In this document: positions 11,641-25,100 of the stretch, in pieces
Numbering within the stretch: the stretch's first letter is position 1
Layout of the letters: every line of letters begins with the position of its first letter
Assembly (NCBI GenBank): GCA_964187785.1
Contig: OZ076409.1
Coordinates: forward strand, 47,430,001-47,494,000
Origin: Amphiscolops sp. MND2022
Lineage: Eukaryota
Direction of reading: 5' to 3'
Length of the DNA stretch: 64,000 nucleotides
Made by a program: the position numbers and the translations under genes
Notes under the pieces: model-generated
The model's input: the letters and a program-made list of their open reading frames with translations, nothing else
Told to the model about the DNA's origin: nothing
Database searches by the model: none

Positions 11641-14600
11641 TTTTCTGAACTGAAGTGTCTTTTTTTCGGGACTCTGAGACTTTGCCCCAAAACATTCGAA
11701 ACGTTTATGTTTTCCTAAAATTGATTTTTTGTTTTCAGTTAGGTAAAAGTTGTTTCGGAGCTCTATGCGTATTCTTTGTGGTATTTTTTGGCACTGATAA
11801 AAGTTTCAAAACAGTGTCCTTTGCATATTCAAGATACTTGAACCCGACTTGGGCCGTTCCCGGCTTATTCCTTTGGTATGGAACCAGTTTGTAAAAAACC
11901 AGTTTGTAGAATCCAGTTTGTAGAAAAGTGAGGTACAGTTTGTAGAATTTTTTTTCTACAAATTGGATTCTACAAACTGGTTTTCTACAATACCAGTTTG
12001 TAGAATTCTGGAATTGGAGAAAAACAATAAAACCAATAAAATAGGAATGATGCTAGGTATAAAACGTGCCTCGGGTATGTCCCCATTTCCTCTAGTGGCC
12101 CGCGGCCCCATGGGGCCGCTTATGTTCCCTTCTTGATAAACGAGGTCGAACAGGAGCAAAGACCTAGCGGGAACGGAGATCGCGAAGCAATTTTAGTGGG
12201 AGCTGGTCTTTACGACGGTGAGGGCGAGCGTGCATATACTGGATATGCCCCATATTTCAGTTTGTAGATCTTATTCCTTTAGATCTTAGGCGGTGGAGCT
12301 CTCGGGATATTGTGTGAAGGATGTCCAGTTTGTAGAATTTAATGATCCAGTTTTTGTAGAAAAAAAAATCTACAACCTGGACCACCTAAGACCAGTTTGT
12401 AGAATTCTAAAACTGGTATTCCACAAACTGGACCTATTTCGTTCCTTTCAGTAGCGGGTGAAGATCGATTTTTCAATTGACTCATCCAAAACTACAGAAA
12501 ACGGAATTTTCAAGGTCCCGATATGGTGTTTGAAGGATCTCAATTTCCCAACATTACGCCTTCTGGAGTTTTTTGATATAGCTTTTCAGAGCACGATCAA
12601 ACGTCTGTGATCTAACCCCTAAAAACAAACGATTTGACATACTCAATAGGCAAAATTTGCTTAAGATCTTAAATGCCGAAACCGCCAAAGTCTTTTCCAA
12701 CTCTTAGGCGTTAGATCCTATTTCATTTTGGAATTAGATCTTAGGTGTTAGATCCTAATAGTGACCCACTATTTTTTCCAAACTCCTGTTAGATCTTAGA
12801 CGTTAGATCTCAGGCGTATGCCAAATTTATTAGATCTTAGACTTTAGGGCCGATTCAATTTTGGAATTAGATCATAGGCATTGTATTCATGTTAATCTGA
12901 GTATGCATTTAATATCTTACTTCTTCCAATCAAACATCAGATCTCCTACCAGTGATTGTAGATCGTTTCAAGTAATTTTATATTGTATTACCGAGAGCAG
13001 TCACAGAAATCTGCAGCCGTGGAAGGGGACAAAAACCATCGAAAGGGGACAGCATCTGATGTTTGACACACTATTTGGACTCAATGTTTTTCGATCAGTC
13101 TCAAGACTTCCGCAGAAAATTTTATCAACTGAATGAATGTCTTTTCCTGATTTTTCATGTTCTGATTTTCCATTTTTCAATCATTTCAAATGATTTTTCC
13201 GATTTTTTTGTTTCGATGTATAAGAATTTAAGGCCTTATAACGTCACCGACTTTCAATCCATTGCCAGGGGTGGTCCATGGATGGCCAGCGGTGGTTCAT
13301 GGAAAGTCAGGGGTGGTCATTGTGAGGTTCTGTTGTTTTTTGACCCTTTTTTGGTTTCCATCCCTGGCCAAAGCTGGTCCATGCCTGGTCAGCTGTAAAA
13401 GTGTTTATTGCCACTGGTACACCAGGCCTGTGTATACGTATTTTAAAAAAGTTCAATAAATGAAAGAAAGTGTTAAAATTTGTCCTTGAGGGCGAGGACT
13501 TGAAGAGCGATTAAGCTCATTTCTCGTCCAATTTGGATGTTCATTTGTTTGACTTTGTATTTACTATAAATGGCCTGTGTATACGAATGTTTGAATAACG
13601 TTCATGACATCTTTAAAAATTAATTTTCTTTTCCTAATTTACAGATAGAATATTAGATGGATTGCAAATCACTGATTGATCTGGTATTTTTCTCATCTAC
13701 TGTCAAAAGCAGTATTTTTGACCAGGAAGAACTTGATCATCTTTAATAATTTCCTGTGAAACTGCAAAAAATAACCCAAAGGTTTGTTGAATCTCTTCTA
13801 TCGGACACTTAAGGCACATTTTCAAATATGGAATGTTCCCTCTTTTGTGACGAAATTTCTCACATCAGCACGAATTAAAGTTTCTACTCCTAAGTTTCAA
13901 AATAAACTTTTAAGTAGGAAGGAGGAAACTGGTTTTTCATGTCAGTAAATTCCGTCAATTTGTCTTCACACCGATGAATACGAACAAGTGAATTGACACA
14001 AGCTTTGTTACATGTACTTGACTGGAAGAGAATACTGCTGGTGAGCGCTTCTACTAAGTACATAGTAGTGAATTCAGAAGAAGAAAGGCAAATCTTAAAA
14101 TCGAACATCTCAGAAGTCTGCAGTTATATTTGGAAAACTTGAGAAGTTAAAGTTTCCTAGAGTTTCATCTAGTTTACCAATACGCCAGGGTACCAAAAAA
14201 CTTAGACACTCGTATTCGCTGACAAGAAATTTGAAATCGCAACAAATTTTCACAAATTGACGCAGGAGCAAAACTTCCTTAAATTTTGATCGAAATTACG
14301 GGGTCATTTTTTGTTTAGAGAAGAAACAAAAATTGCAAAAGTCATAACACTTGGCTTGTTTTTGACTTCTGGCATTTTCTGATTTTCTCGAAAACCACTT
14401 TTTACATAAACACTTTTTCCGAAAAATTCTCTCCCCTAAAACTTTACACTGCAAATTGATTTTAAAATGCGAAATAATCGATTTTTACTCCGAATAGTAG
14501 CTGTTACGTTTTCAAGAAAGCATTTTCCGGAAGAGTGGGGTCAAAAGAACGATTGGGGAGATTTCTCGGTTATTGTTTCTCCGATATTCATGAGTTCAAA

Positions 14601-17510
14601 AATTTCCAAATTTTCCTGATTTAAATTTACAGTTTTGATTCGATTTCAAAACAAAAAATACCGTCGTAATTATGATAAGAACTTTAAAAGCTTTTGCTTC
14701 AGAGACTGTGTTGTGAAACGGATATAACAAAAGATATTGCGCTTTGAATTTTTTCGGTCAAATCTAAGATCTTGAGCTTTTTGGGACATTGATGTATGTT
14801 TGTTTCCAAATTTGTGATGAAAACTATTTCCGCTAATTTATTTCGAAATTTACCTTTGGCCTACTTTTGAGCAGAAGGTCGAGAGATTTCATGTTCAATC
14901 AACCCCTTGAGTTACCTGAAGCCCTTGATATGTTCATCTCGAAACTATTAAAGAGTTTTCCTGATAGCTGTATAGAGTATGCAGTAAAATACAATTTTGA
15001 AATTCGAAAACTTGAAACAAGCTCATAGTAATACAATTTACAATCCTTCTGAGGAAAATCATTGTCAGATTCGGAATTTTCGGGAGTGTCATGATTTGAA
15101 ATATTTTGAAATCAAAAAATGTAATTGGGTCAAAAAAAATTTTAAATGTTTTGAATATAGCTCTCGGCCAATAAATTGGGCTCGTGAGACCTTATTTAAC
15201 CAATGAGATTTTTCAATTTTTGTCTTCCCGCGTGTTGTGTTGCTTTTAATAATTTCACTACTGTACACTGTCATTAACTTTCATTATAGGGCATATGTTA
15301 CTGAGAGCTTATTTTTCCCAAGTACAAGACGTAGACATCTGTCACCTGCGAATGAATTCTATGTGAAAAAAAACGAAAAACACATCGGAAAATTTATTTC
15401 AATTACAGAAAGGTTATGGGACTGAATCTGTTGATGAAATTTCGGAAAGTACATTTTTGATTTTAAACTGTTTTCTCCAAGTATCAATCTTTGTGAAAGC
15501 GTGCTATCTTAAATTCGGCTAAAGTGACCTTTTTGCTCTCTGAATGCCCATTTTAAAAAAGCGCAATTCCTAAAATGTATCGGACAACTCAAGTGACTGG
15601 TTTTTGGTCAAGTTTTCAATGAAAGAAAATACAGACTATCAAAATGGCTAAGTTTTTTTCTTGAAAAGCTACAAACTAACTGAATGGTCCACTTTTTCAA
15701 CATATATTAAAGTTTCAAGTGTATCCAAAAGTCCGGAGAGTCCAGTTTTCGATTTTCTCGGTATTGTAGAAGCAAAATCTCCTTTGCATTCATTTACTTT
15801 TATGTAATTGTAACCCATCCAGGGGTATCCAAGTGAACGAACCATACTTAACTCAGGTAACTCGGAAACTAATAAGCCTAGGACACTATAACTCAGCATA
15901 TAGGAACGTTACATGCCATGGAGAAGCTTCAGTCACCTCAGGGGTTACTCCTGAACATATGCAAGAACGTACGAAAAACATGTCAGTAAACGTCATTTGC
16001 GTGATAATTCATGCATTTCAATTAGGTGAGAGGACTCGCGGTGAGCCGCACTCAGAGTGACGGGGAAATACCCTTCACGCGAAGAGAACCTGTAAACCAT
16101 GCAAGCGAAGTTCCTCGAGCGATCGTAATACTTTATAAATACCTGGCGAGACTTGAATTATCATGGAATAACAACTTAAGACAAGCAGCCTGTTTGTCAT
16201 TGGTGGCAAAGAAATAGCAGTCGAAGTATAGCTGTTTGATAGAAGCGTTCGCTATATCATAGAAGAGTATGTAAACATGAGTGACCACATGCGAACTCGG
16301 GATGCCGATGCCCAATAATAAATGCCAATTATGATAAAATGTGATGAGATAACTAGAAACATGTGGGATGAATAACTTTGAGTCGGAATTGGAATATATT
16401 GGTATACACAAACGAGTTAGAGAGCTAAAAGCAAGTTGAGCCTCGAGACGGGACAATAAAATTGTTTTAGTCAAAAAACTGATTCGTCGGCAGCTAGAGA
16501 TTGAATTTCTGCAAGACTGGGACTTGTCTTTTGCGCTTCAACTCAGTTGGTTGAATCGTGATTTTTTTGTTAGTAATTAACTTTAAAGACAGAGATTTGC
16601 CTTTCTTCTAGAAATTCAATTTTTACTTCTACTTTCTTGGGAAATATTCTTTGCCCTCGAAATCGCAATTTTCTACAATGAATCCCAAAAGGGCGAGTTG
16701 AAAAAAGCATTACCACCGGTTATAATTGGCTGATCTAATTGAAAGTCATTGCTATGTATATACCCTATTTTTAGTCGACGCGTTATTGAAAATAAAAAGC
16801 ACGACTTTAATAAAGGCTCTACAACAGTTTTTTCCAATACACACTAACTGACCAAAATAGTTCTACAATTTCTTGAAATCGTTACATGTATATCGTTATA
16901 TCTGAAGTAAGTTGCGAGTTACCAAGAAGGCGGAGTTTTCGAAAATATTGCTCTGTATCCGAATTTTTGACGTGACATCCGAAGTAAATTGCGTTTTACT
17001 AAAGAAGAGGTGGGGGTTCGAAAAAACACCCTTTTCTCCCAGCACGCTATGTATAAACTTTTGAGGTTAAATCCAAACTCAAACTTTGGGTACAGTGGAA
17101 GATTACTTTACGCTTTGAAGAACTTTTATTTTCCAGCCTTAAGCGGGGCGCCGACTTGTGTCGTTCCCGGTTTGTTATTGTTACACAGTATATGGCAGAA
17201 AGCAGCAACAAAATGGTTCAATTTAGAAACATCAAAAATTTGAAAACCTGTCGAACACAAATTTATTCCTATCAAGACAAAAAACTCGGGGAAAACGGCA
17301 TACATTTGGATATAGCGCGTTTCTCTTCTGAAAACGGTGAAATTATGAGTTAAATTGAAAAGATACACAGGCACCTTTGGCACCCCTGCATGCATTGAGA
17401 TATTGAGCTAACTCAAAAATTGGACCAAATTTTCTCGAAAATAGTAGTGTCAAAAACACCAAGTCTCTTTGCTACCTTTTTAGTCAATGTGAGGGGTTCA
17501 GACCCATGTA

Positions 17511-18126
17511 CAGTAGTGATATTATTAAAAGCAACAAAGCACGCGGAAAGAGAGCAAACAAATCTCATTGGCTAAATAACGTCTCACGCGCTCATTTCAT
17601 TGGTGGAGAGCGATTTCCAAAACATCATTTTTAGTTTTTTGAATTTTTGACCCACTTACAATTTTTTGTTTTCAAAATAATTTTGACAGAAAAATTCTCC
17701 CAAACATTTCGAATCTGACAATATAATTTTTTCTCGAAAATACTGTAAATTGTATTAGTACGAGCTTGTTTAAAGTGGCTATATTCCAAAATCGTATCTT
17801 AATACATGTATTTTCGAAAAAACGTAATTTTACAGCGTATTTTCTTTGCGATTTTAGAATGATTTCTTAATCAAAACATATCAGGGGCTTCAGTTAAATC
17901 AGGGGTGCCAATTGAACATAAAATTTTTCAAAAATTTTGAGCAAAAGTTGACTAAGAGTGAGAAAAACCTAAATTTTGACCTAAATTTGGCTAAAAATGG
18001 CCTATCGTAACTTCTACAATTTATCTAAGAAACTTTCACTTTTGTCATTTTTCAAAATTCGCTGCTGTTTCAGAGATATTCGATTTTGAGATTTGCCTTT
18101 TGTTGCTTTTAATAATATCACTACTG
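17511..18126. mobile_element. Tc1/mariner-type MITE (616 bp, TA TSD)
   Basis: TIRs CAGTAGTGATATTATTAAAAGCAACAA / TTGTTGCTTTTAATAATATCACTACTG flanked by TA on both sides; a related copy in opposite orientation ends at 15263. Confidence 0.75.
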
Positions 18127-18956
18127 TACTCTGATTTCCAGTTCCTAGGCTCCACCGAGCCCAATAATAAAGAATGCGACCTTCGCAAAGAAAGCACACC
18201 CCAACTTATACATTGCGAACAATTTTTCTCCAAAGGTTGGTGGGGCAGCTTCTTAAAATCAGTCAAAACAAACAAAAAACGTGAACATATCCGATAGATA
18301 GATTCAATCATAATGCGAATGGCATAATTTGAGCTCGTCAAAGAAGCGCAAGTTTCGACTGCGCAAGTTTGATTCACAAGATGATTATCGATGTTTATAA
18401 TTTGGCCAATTTATACTGTCCTAAAGTCTTATAACGGCAAACCATTGTATGTCAACTATCTGCGAAGTGAGTGACTGGCGAGAGAAACCATGTGCAGCTG
18501 AAATTACAAGAATGCTGTTTCTTCCACTTAAAAACAGAGTCAAAGAGCCTTCAATCGAGAGAGTTTATGTGCCTTAAAAATGGGTTACACATTTGAGACC
18601 TTAGGTTGCCAGATATAATCATTCAAGAGACTGTAGCAATTTTAAAATCAAAAACCAATACTTGTAATTTTTAATTAAACTTAACATTTGATCAAAACCA
18701 TTAAGACTAAAGAAATTGAACAAAAATAAATTGAGATATCTTGATGTAGTTTGTAAATTTTTAATTACTGAAGTTTTATTGCAATCATATCTACAGAAGC
18801 TCGGTTCAGTAGAGCAATAACAAAACAAGGGCTCATTCCAGTCCTTCATCATCCGATAAGCAGTTTGGATTTCGCCTTGGCTCATGCTACATCCAGGCAT
18901 TCATTGCGTAACCCAAAACAGACTTCTGGTATTTTTGAGACTTTTCCACGATTGCG

Positions 18957-19126
18957 TCATTTGCTCATGCCACCTGTGCCGCTACCAAAAATATGAGAAG
19001 TATTTGGAACACCTTTCGGTGGTTGCTGATATACAGGGCCGGGTCCTGCTCCACCCATCATGGCCTTCTCTTTCTTCTCGAAACGATTTGACTCGCTGAT
19101 TCCTTTTTGGATGCTGGATATTAGCT
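18957..19126 (-). CDS. UPF2: UPF2 last coding exon
   Basis: ttttag|ag cta (phase 1, ELISSIQKG..), YQQPPKGVPNTSHIFGSG, TGA stop. Confidence 0.8.
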
Positions 19127-22100
19127 CTAAAACGCAGCATGATTCGAAATGAAACACAAAATCTGCTTCGACAAGTTCAGACCAGCTCGAAGTGGAATAA
19201 ATAAATGAATCATAGTATTCTCCCCGCATCCTTCTGTAAAAAAACCTGAAGGAGATATAAGTATTTGATGGATCTTTTCAGTCATAACTTGATAAGAGGA
19301 TTAAGCTAAACTCGAGTACTTTAAATCAATCAATGCAAACCCTAAACCAATAAAAATATTTTTACAACTTTTGCATAGACGGCACCAGCTCATTAGTGTT
19401 ATAGGAGAGCTTGTAGACCATGAAGACCCTTCACCTCTAATATTGACGTAATAATTCCGAAAATGAAAATGAGACGGGAACGTCTAAAGTCGGCGCTCCG
19501 CTTACAGCTCAAAGTCTCATTAAAATGCTTACGGTGGCTTTTGGGAAATTTTTATAAATTTCACATTGACAAAAATATACGAAAGGGCGACCTGCGGCCT
19601 CGAAAAACTTCTTTTGATAGAAACAAAAAAATACCAAATTGATGAAAAAAATCGAAAGTTGCACAGAGAAAGCGAAAAAAAACAGGCCTTTTAACACGTC
19701 AAGGGTGTGCAAACTAAGATATTTCGTGCTCGGCAGACATCGAACCGACTGTCGTCTGTTTGGGAAGCGCGCATTCTAACTACTGGTGGCGTAAACAAAA
19801 ACTATTGAAAATAGGACCATTCGTATAAATTCTGCGCATTAACGAAAAAAAAATTGTCACTGTAATAGTCGGGCACATTTTTTGTGTCGTTTATAAAACG
19901 CGCCGACGAAATAGAAATACATACGAACCCATCTGTTCTTCTTCCTGTTGTCGCTGATTGATATTTAATGTCATCTCTATCAACTTCTTCCTCTCCCTTT
20001 CTTCCGCCTGAGCATACAATCACAACTTTTACAACAGTATGAAAATCATACAAAATTGACGGTGCTCCTCAAATAAGAATATATTTCTTCTCTTTCTCGC
20101 CATCTGTTTCTCTTTCTCGTTTTTTTTTCTCTTTTTCTTTTATTTTTCTCGCCATCAGAAATGAAGTATATATACTTCATATCTGATGGCGAGAATATAT
20201 TTTGCTGTCTCAAAGAACTTACCAAATTTTGCTGCCTGATATTTTCTGCCATTTCTTCAGTGACGGGAACTTGCAAGTCTTTCAGCTGCACTTTTGTACC
20301 CTTCTTCAACATGATCGACAAACTACCTCCAGGAGGCGCATTGTCATGCTTTTTGCTGGCATTCTGATCTCCCGAGTCAGCTGCTGGAGTTTGGGACGCA
20401 AGGGGATTGAGAGATGATTTAGGCGAGTAATTCAGACTGATTTGCTCAAGAGCTGCGGTCTGGTCAGCAGTACTACTACCCAGCCCTGTAGTTTTCTTAC
20501 GAGCGTTCATTGGCAATGAAAGATCCGCAGTTGGGGCTCGCATTGCTTCGGACGTGCGTTGCTGCAAAAGGACAAGGAAATATGATATTAGTAGTAATAG
20601 CAGGGGGGCGGGTTAAATGATGTTTTGGGCTCCCAACCGAAATTATTCTAAGTCAGAAACCTATCTCACTTTTAGGGCTCCCAACCGAAATTATTCTAAG
20701 TCAGAAAGGTTAAAGTTCATTTTAACCATACCGAGCTGAATGTATGCCAATTGTCATGAATGTTTACTAATGCAAACTAATGATGAAGGTGCATTCTGAA
20801 TTCAATACATTTCAACAATGGTAACTGAGATTCAACTTTAATTGATCTTATCAACTAATTTTGCCATTTCCTGACAATTCACGAAAGTTATCATAGAAAT
20901 TAGCCAAAAGAACAAAACTGAATAGAAGTATAACATTAAGAATTCAAGGAAACACGTTATTTCTGATTGAACAACGAAAACCCTTTTATTCCTGAATTCC
21001 GAAACTTAGAAAAACAGGGTAAAATTACATGAAAAAACGTGGATCAAAGCCTCATTCCCGATGAAAATTTTTAGGAGTCGGAAAAATTTTTCGATTACTT
21101 ATGCAATCGTATCGTTTTTTTGTTTTTTTTTTCAACCGACCTTTCATGAAAATTTCGAATTCCTCAAAAACTGTCCATACTGTTTACATAAATTTTGCAC
21201 AGTCATTCTACACCCAGAGATGCTCCTGCGTGCGCAATGGCATTGAAATAGTATGACTGGTATCTGAGAAAGATAGCCAAATTTAGCCCAAAAATGACCA
21301 AAAACAGCCATTTTTCGATTTTCTCAAAAACTGTCCATATGATTCGAACGAAATTTTGTACAGTCATTCTACACCATATTATGGTCGTTTGTGTGTAATT
21401 TCATCAATTTTGTATGGCTGGGATGTGAGAAACATAGCCGAATTTAACCCAAAAATGCCCCAAAAACAGCCGTTTTTCGACTTCTTTTGATTTTCGCAAA
21501 AACTGTCCATACGATTCGAACGATACTTTGTTCAGTCATTCTACAACATATCAAGGTCCTTTGTGTGCAATTTCATCAAATTCGTATGACTGGGATTCAA
21601 GCGAGTCGGAAGGAAAAAGACCTAATCCGACTCCTTTACCGTATATGCGGCTCTGGTCACTATTGCTTTAGTTCAAAATCAAATGTGCGTCTTTGTGTAA
21701 TTCACCATTTCGAACATTCATGTCCATAAAAAGATTGGAATGAGACTATGATGACAATTATTCTAGACACGGCATTCGTATAAAATGTATTCATGCCATG
21801 AATGCGGAAAAATTCTTGTATCACAACGGGCCCTCACTAATCATCTCAGAACAAAACACCAAAATACCAATAACGTCACCAAAGTCTTTCAGTGTGGCCA
21901 CTGCTTCGTAGCATTCACCCAAACTAAAAATTTGCTGAGGCATTTACGCTCTCAGCATAATATGAATGAAAGCCATCGATGCCCAGCTTGTCCAACTATC
22001 TTTGGTTCACTGACAACTCTGAACGAACATGAGGAAACAGCACATCTGCACCAACCTTTACCAACTTCCCATTCGACGTCAGCAACCGTAGAGTTTACCA

Positions 22101-25100
22101 CTCAGGCGTTCAATTCTCGCTTTCAAATCCATCGAATGAAAATGGAAGATTCGGGTTTCATTGACCCGTTCAACTGCCTGGTGTCGTTCAAAAACGAATT
22201 ACTGGCCTTTATTAATTCAAAATTGCAAGTTGCGAGAAGCGTTAGAATTGGCTTCTCAATCGGCGTTCGCCTCATGAAACCTTTACTGGATGAATCAACT
22301 GAAGCTTACTTCAATTCGACTATGGTAAGGGTGTCACTTGAAATGACCATGGATGAATTCTTGGGTCATGTTGATCAGCTAATGTCTCAGCTGAATATGT
22401 TTGCCACTGGCGGTTCAGGCTGGGTTGTCGAGAAACTCTCCCGGTTGGAAATTAAAACAGCTCAGATTGCCACCTCACCTGCTGGCACCTACATTGAGAC
22501 TCCTCCAATCCTTCGAAATCTCAAAAGAAGCCTATTGAACATCGTCAATAAAAAAGATAGCTTCTGTTTTCTTTATTGCATTGCAGCTGCGTTATTTTCT
22601 TTTGTTGGTTCTCCCTTCAGACCGAAGTCATTTGAAAAACATTGAAAAACTGAATTTCGACCTTAAGCGAATGCCAATGCCGCTTTCAGGAATTCGCTCA
22701 TTTGAAATGAGAAATAAGTGCTCGATCAACGTTTACCAACTTGAGGACAACAAACTCATCAACATTTACAACAGCAAGAACAAGAAGTCAAGACGCCGAG
22801 TGGATCTTTTAAGACTTGTCAATGGAGAGCGCAGTCACTATTGTCTTATAAAGAATTTCTCACACATTGTTCACCATTTATCACGATCTCCCAAAAAACG
22901 AGAAGCGGGCCCGAAGAGCCGTTTTTGCCGCAATTGTTACCAGCCGACATCAACACAAAACATGCAACGGCATTTGAAGTTTTGTGAAACTAATGCCCCT
23001 TTGGAAATTTTGATGCCCGGACAAGACCGAGTTGTTGAATTTGTGAATTGGCAAAAAACACAACGATGTCCTTTTACGGTGTACGCTGATTTGGAGGCGA
23101 TCAATGTGTCACAGTCGGAATCGGGCTCCGACCAAAGATCCAAAACGCGTGAAATTGAACGACAGTACCCTGCGAGTTACGGAGCCGTTCTTATTGACAT
23201 GAGAGGTGAGTGGTTCAATTTTGTCGTTTTCAATTTTTTTTCTGGGCTTCAAATATTTCTTTTCAGCTGATGGTGTTGTGAAAAGTTCCTTCTATAGCGG
23301 CCACAATTGTATCGATAAATTACTTTCTATTCTGCGTGAATGGACACTGTGGTGTTATCATGAGAAGCAAACTTTTCGCTGGCTCCGAATTTCAAAATCG
23401 GAGCGGGAAAATCATTTACCTGGAGATTCGAAACATTGTTGTATTTGTGGTAAGAATGCTGAAAAGTCAACGCGGGTCATTCATCATTGCCATTTGACTG
23501 GTGAAATCTTTGGGGTGGCACATTCAAAATGCAATCTCAGAGCAAGATCAACAAACTTCCTCCCAATTTTTTTCACAATTTCTCTCGATATGATTCGCAC
23601 CACATATTAAAAAATCTACAGCTAAAACCTGGTGAAAAACTTTCAGCAATATCCAAGACCGATGAAACCTACACTTCTGTTAGTATTGCCGTTCCCGTTG
23701 GGAGTTATAAGGACAAACGAAATCGAATAGTGTCACTATATCATTCGCTCAGATTTCTCGACAGCTTTTAATTTATGCCTCAGAGTCTTGACGCTTTGGC
23801 AAAAACGTTGCAGTCCAAAGATTTCGTTCACCTTCGTGGCTACTTTTCCAACTTTTCCGAGGAGTTATTCAAAAAACTCATTAGAAAGGGTTATTTTCCC
23901 TACGGTTTTTTGGATAGCTTCAGTAAATTTGAAGGACCCTTGCCACCATATGGCAACGACTGGAAAAACTCCTTGACGGGATCAATTGATATCACCAATA
24001 AAGAGTTTGATGAAGCTGTTTCCATCTACAACGCATTCTCTTGTAAAACACTCGGCGACTATCATGATGTTTACTTACAAACCGACGTTTTGCTTCTGGC
24101 TGATATTTTTGAAAACTTCAGAAGGGTTTGCATCAAGGTGTACAAACTCGATCCGGCACACTTCTTTTCAGCCCCGAACCTTAGTTGGGACGCTATGCTC
24201 ATTTCAACTGAAGCCAAGTTGGGTTTGTTGGATGATATTGATAAACTATTGTTTTTCGAACGGGCTATACGTGGCGGAGTCAATGGAATTGGTGAAGTTC
24301 GACACTTTACAGCCAACAATCCCCTGTTATCGAGTTTTTCTTCCAGTGAAACCACTACTTTGTGCCTTTTTCGATGTAAAATCCCTTTACGCGGGTACAA
24401 TGCAACAATTGATGCCAAGCGGAGATTACAAATGGAACACGTCTATTACCCTACAGGAATTGCTTGATACTCCAACTGATTCACCTCTAGGTTACTTTGT
24501 TGAAGTTGACTTTCTATATCCTAAGCATTTACACGATGCTCACAATGGCCTTCCACTGGCACCTGAGAAAAAGATCATTCAACATTCTTGGCAGTCTGAC
24601 TATGCTGAAAGCTTCGGTGTTAAGCCGAGCAAAACGGCCAAATTGATAGACTCTTTTCGATAAAAAGAACTATGTATGTCACTATGAAAATCTGAAATTC
24701 TATGTCAAGCACGGTCTCGTTGTAGACAGACTGCATCGTGTTTGCGATTTCAAACAGAGCAAGTGGCTCGGTGTCTACATCGAAAAAAACACTGTTATGC
24801 GGAAACAAGCAGACAATAATTTCGAGAAGGCTTTTTTCAAACTAATGAGTAATGCTTGCTTTGGAAAGACAATGGAGAATCTACGGAAGCGCAGCAACCT
24901 AAAGTTTGTTTCAAGTGCGAGGCAGGCCGAATCTTTTGTTGAGAAAGCATCTTTCAAGTCTTTTCAGGTCATCAACGAGAAACTTGTTAGTGTTTCCTTC
25001 AAAATGACTTGTGTGCTGTGGGACAAACCAACTCCGGTGGGTGCTGCTATTCTGGATCTATCAAAACTTTCTCTCTACAAATTCCACTACGAAGTGATGA

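Noticed and set aside
15900-16500. Possible solo LTR (TATAAATA near 16133, AATAAA near 16455)
   Set aside because: No clear TG..CA ends, TSD or second copy in the window.
21171-21620. Repeat array resembling CRISPR
   Set aside because: Units are 160-172 bp diverged tandem copies without unique spacers, the context is eukaryotic, and no cas genes are present.
22581-24808. Programmed ribosomal frameshifting as the explanation for split pPolB ORFs
   Set aside because: There are several breaks plus an in-frame TAA at a conserved Gln-like position, with no consistent slippery heptamer and stimulator; decay or sequencing error is simpler.
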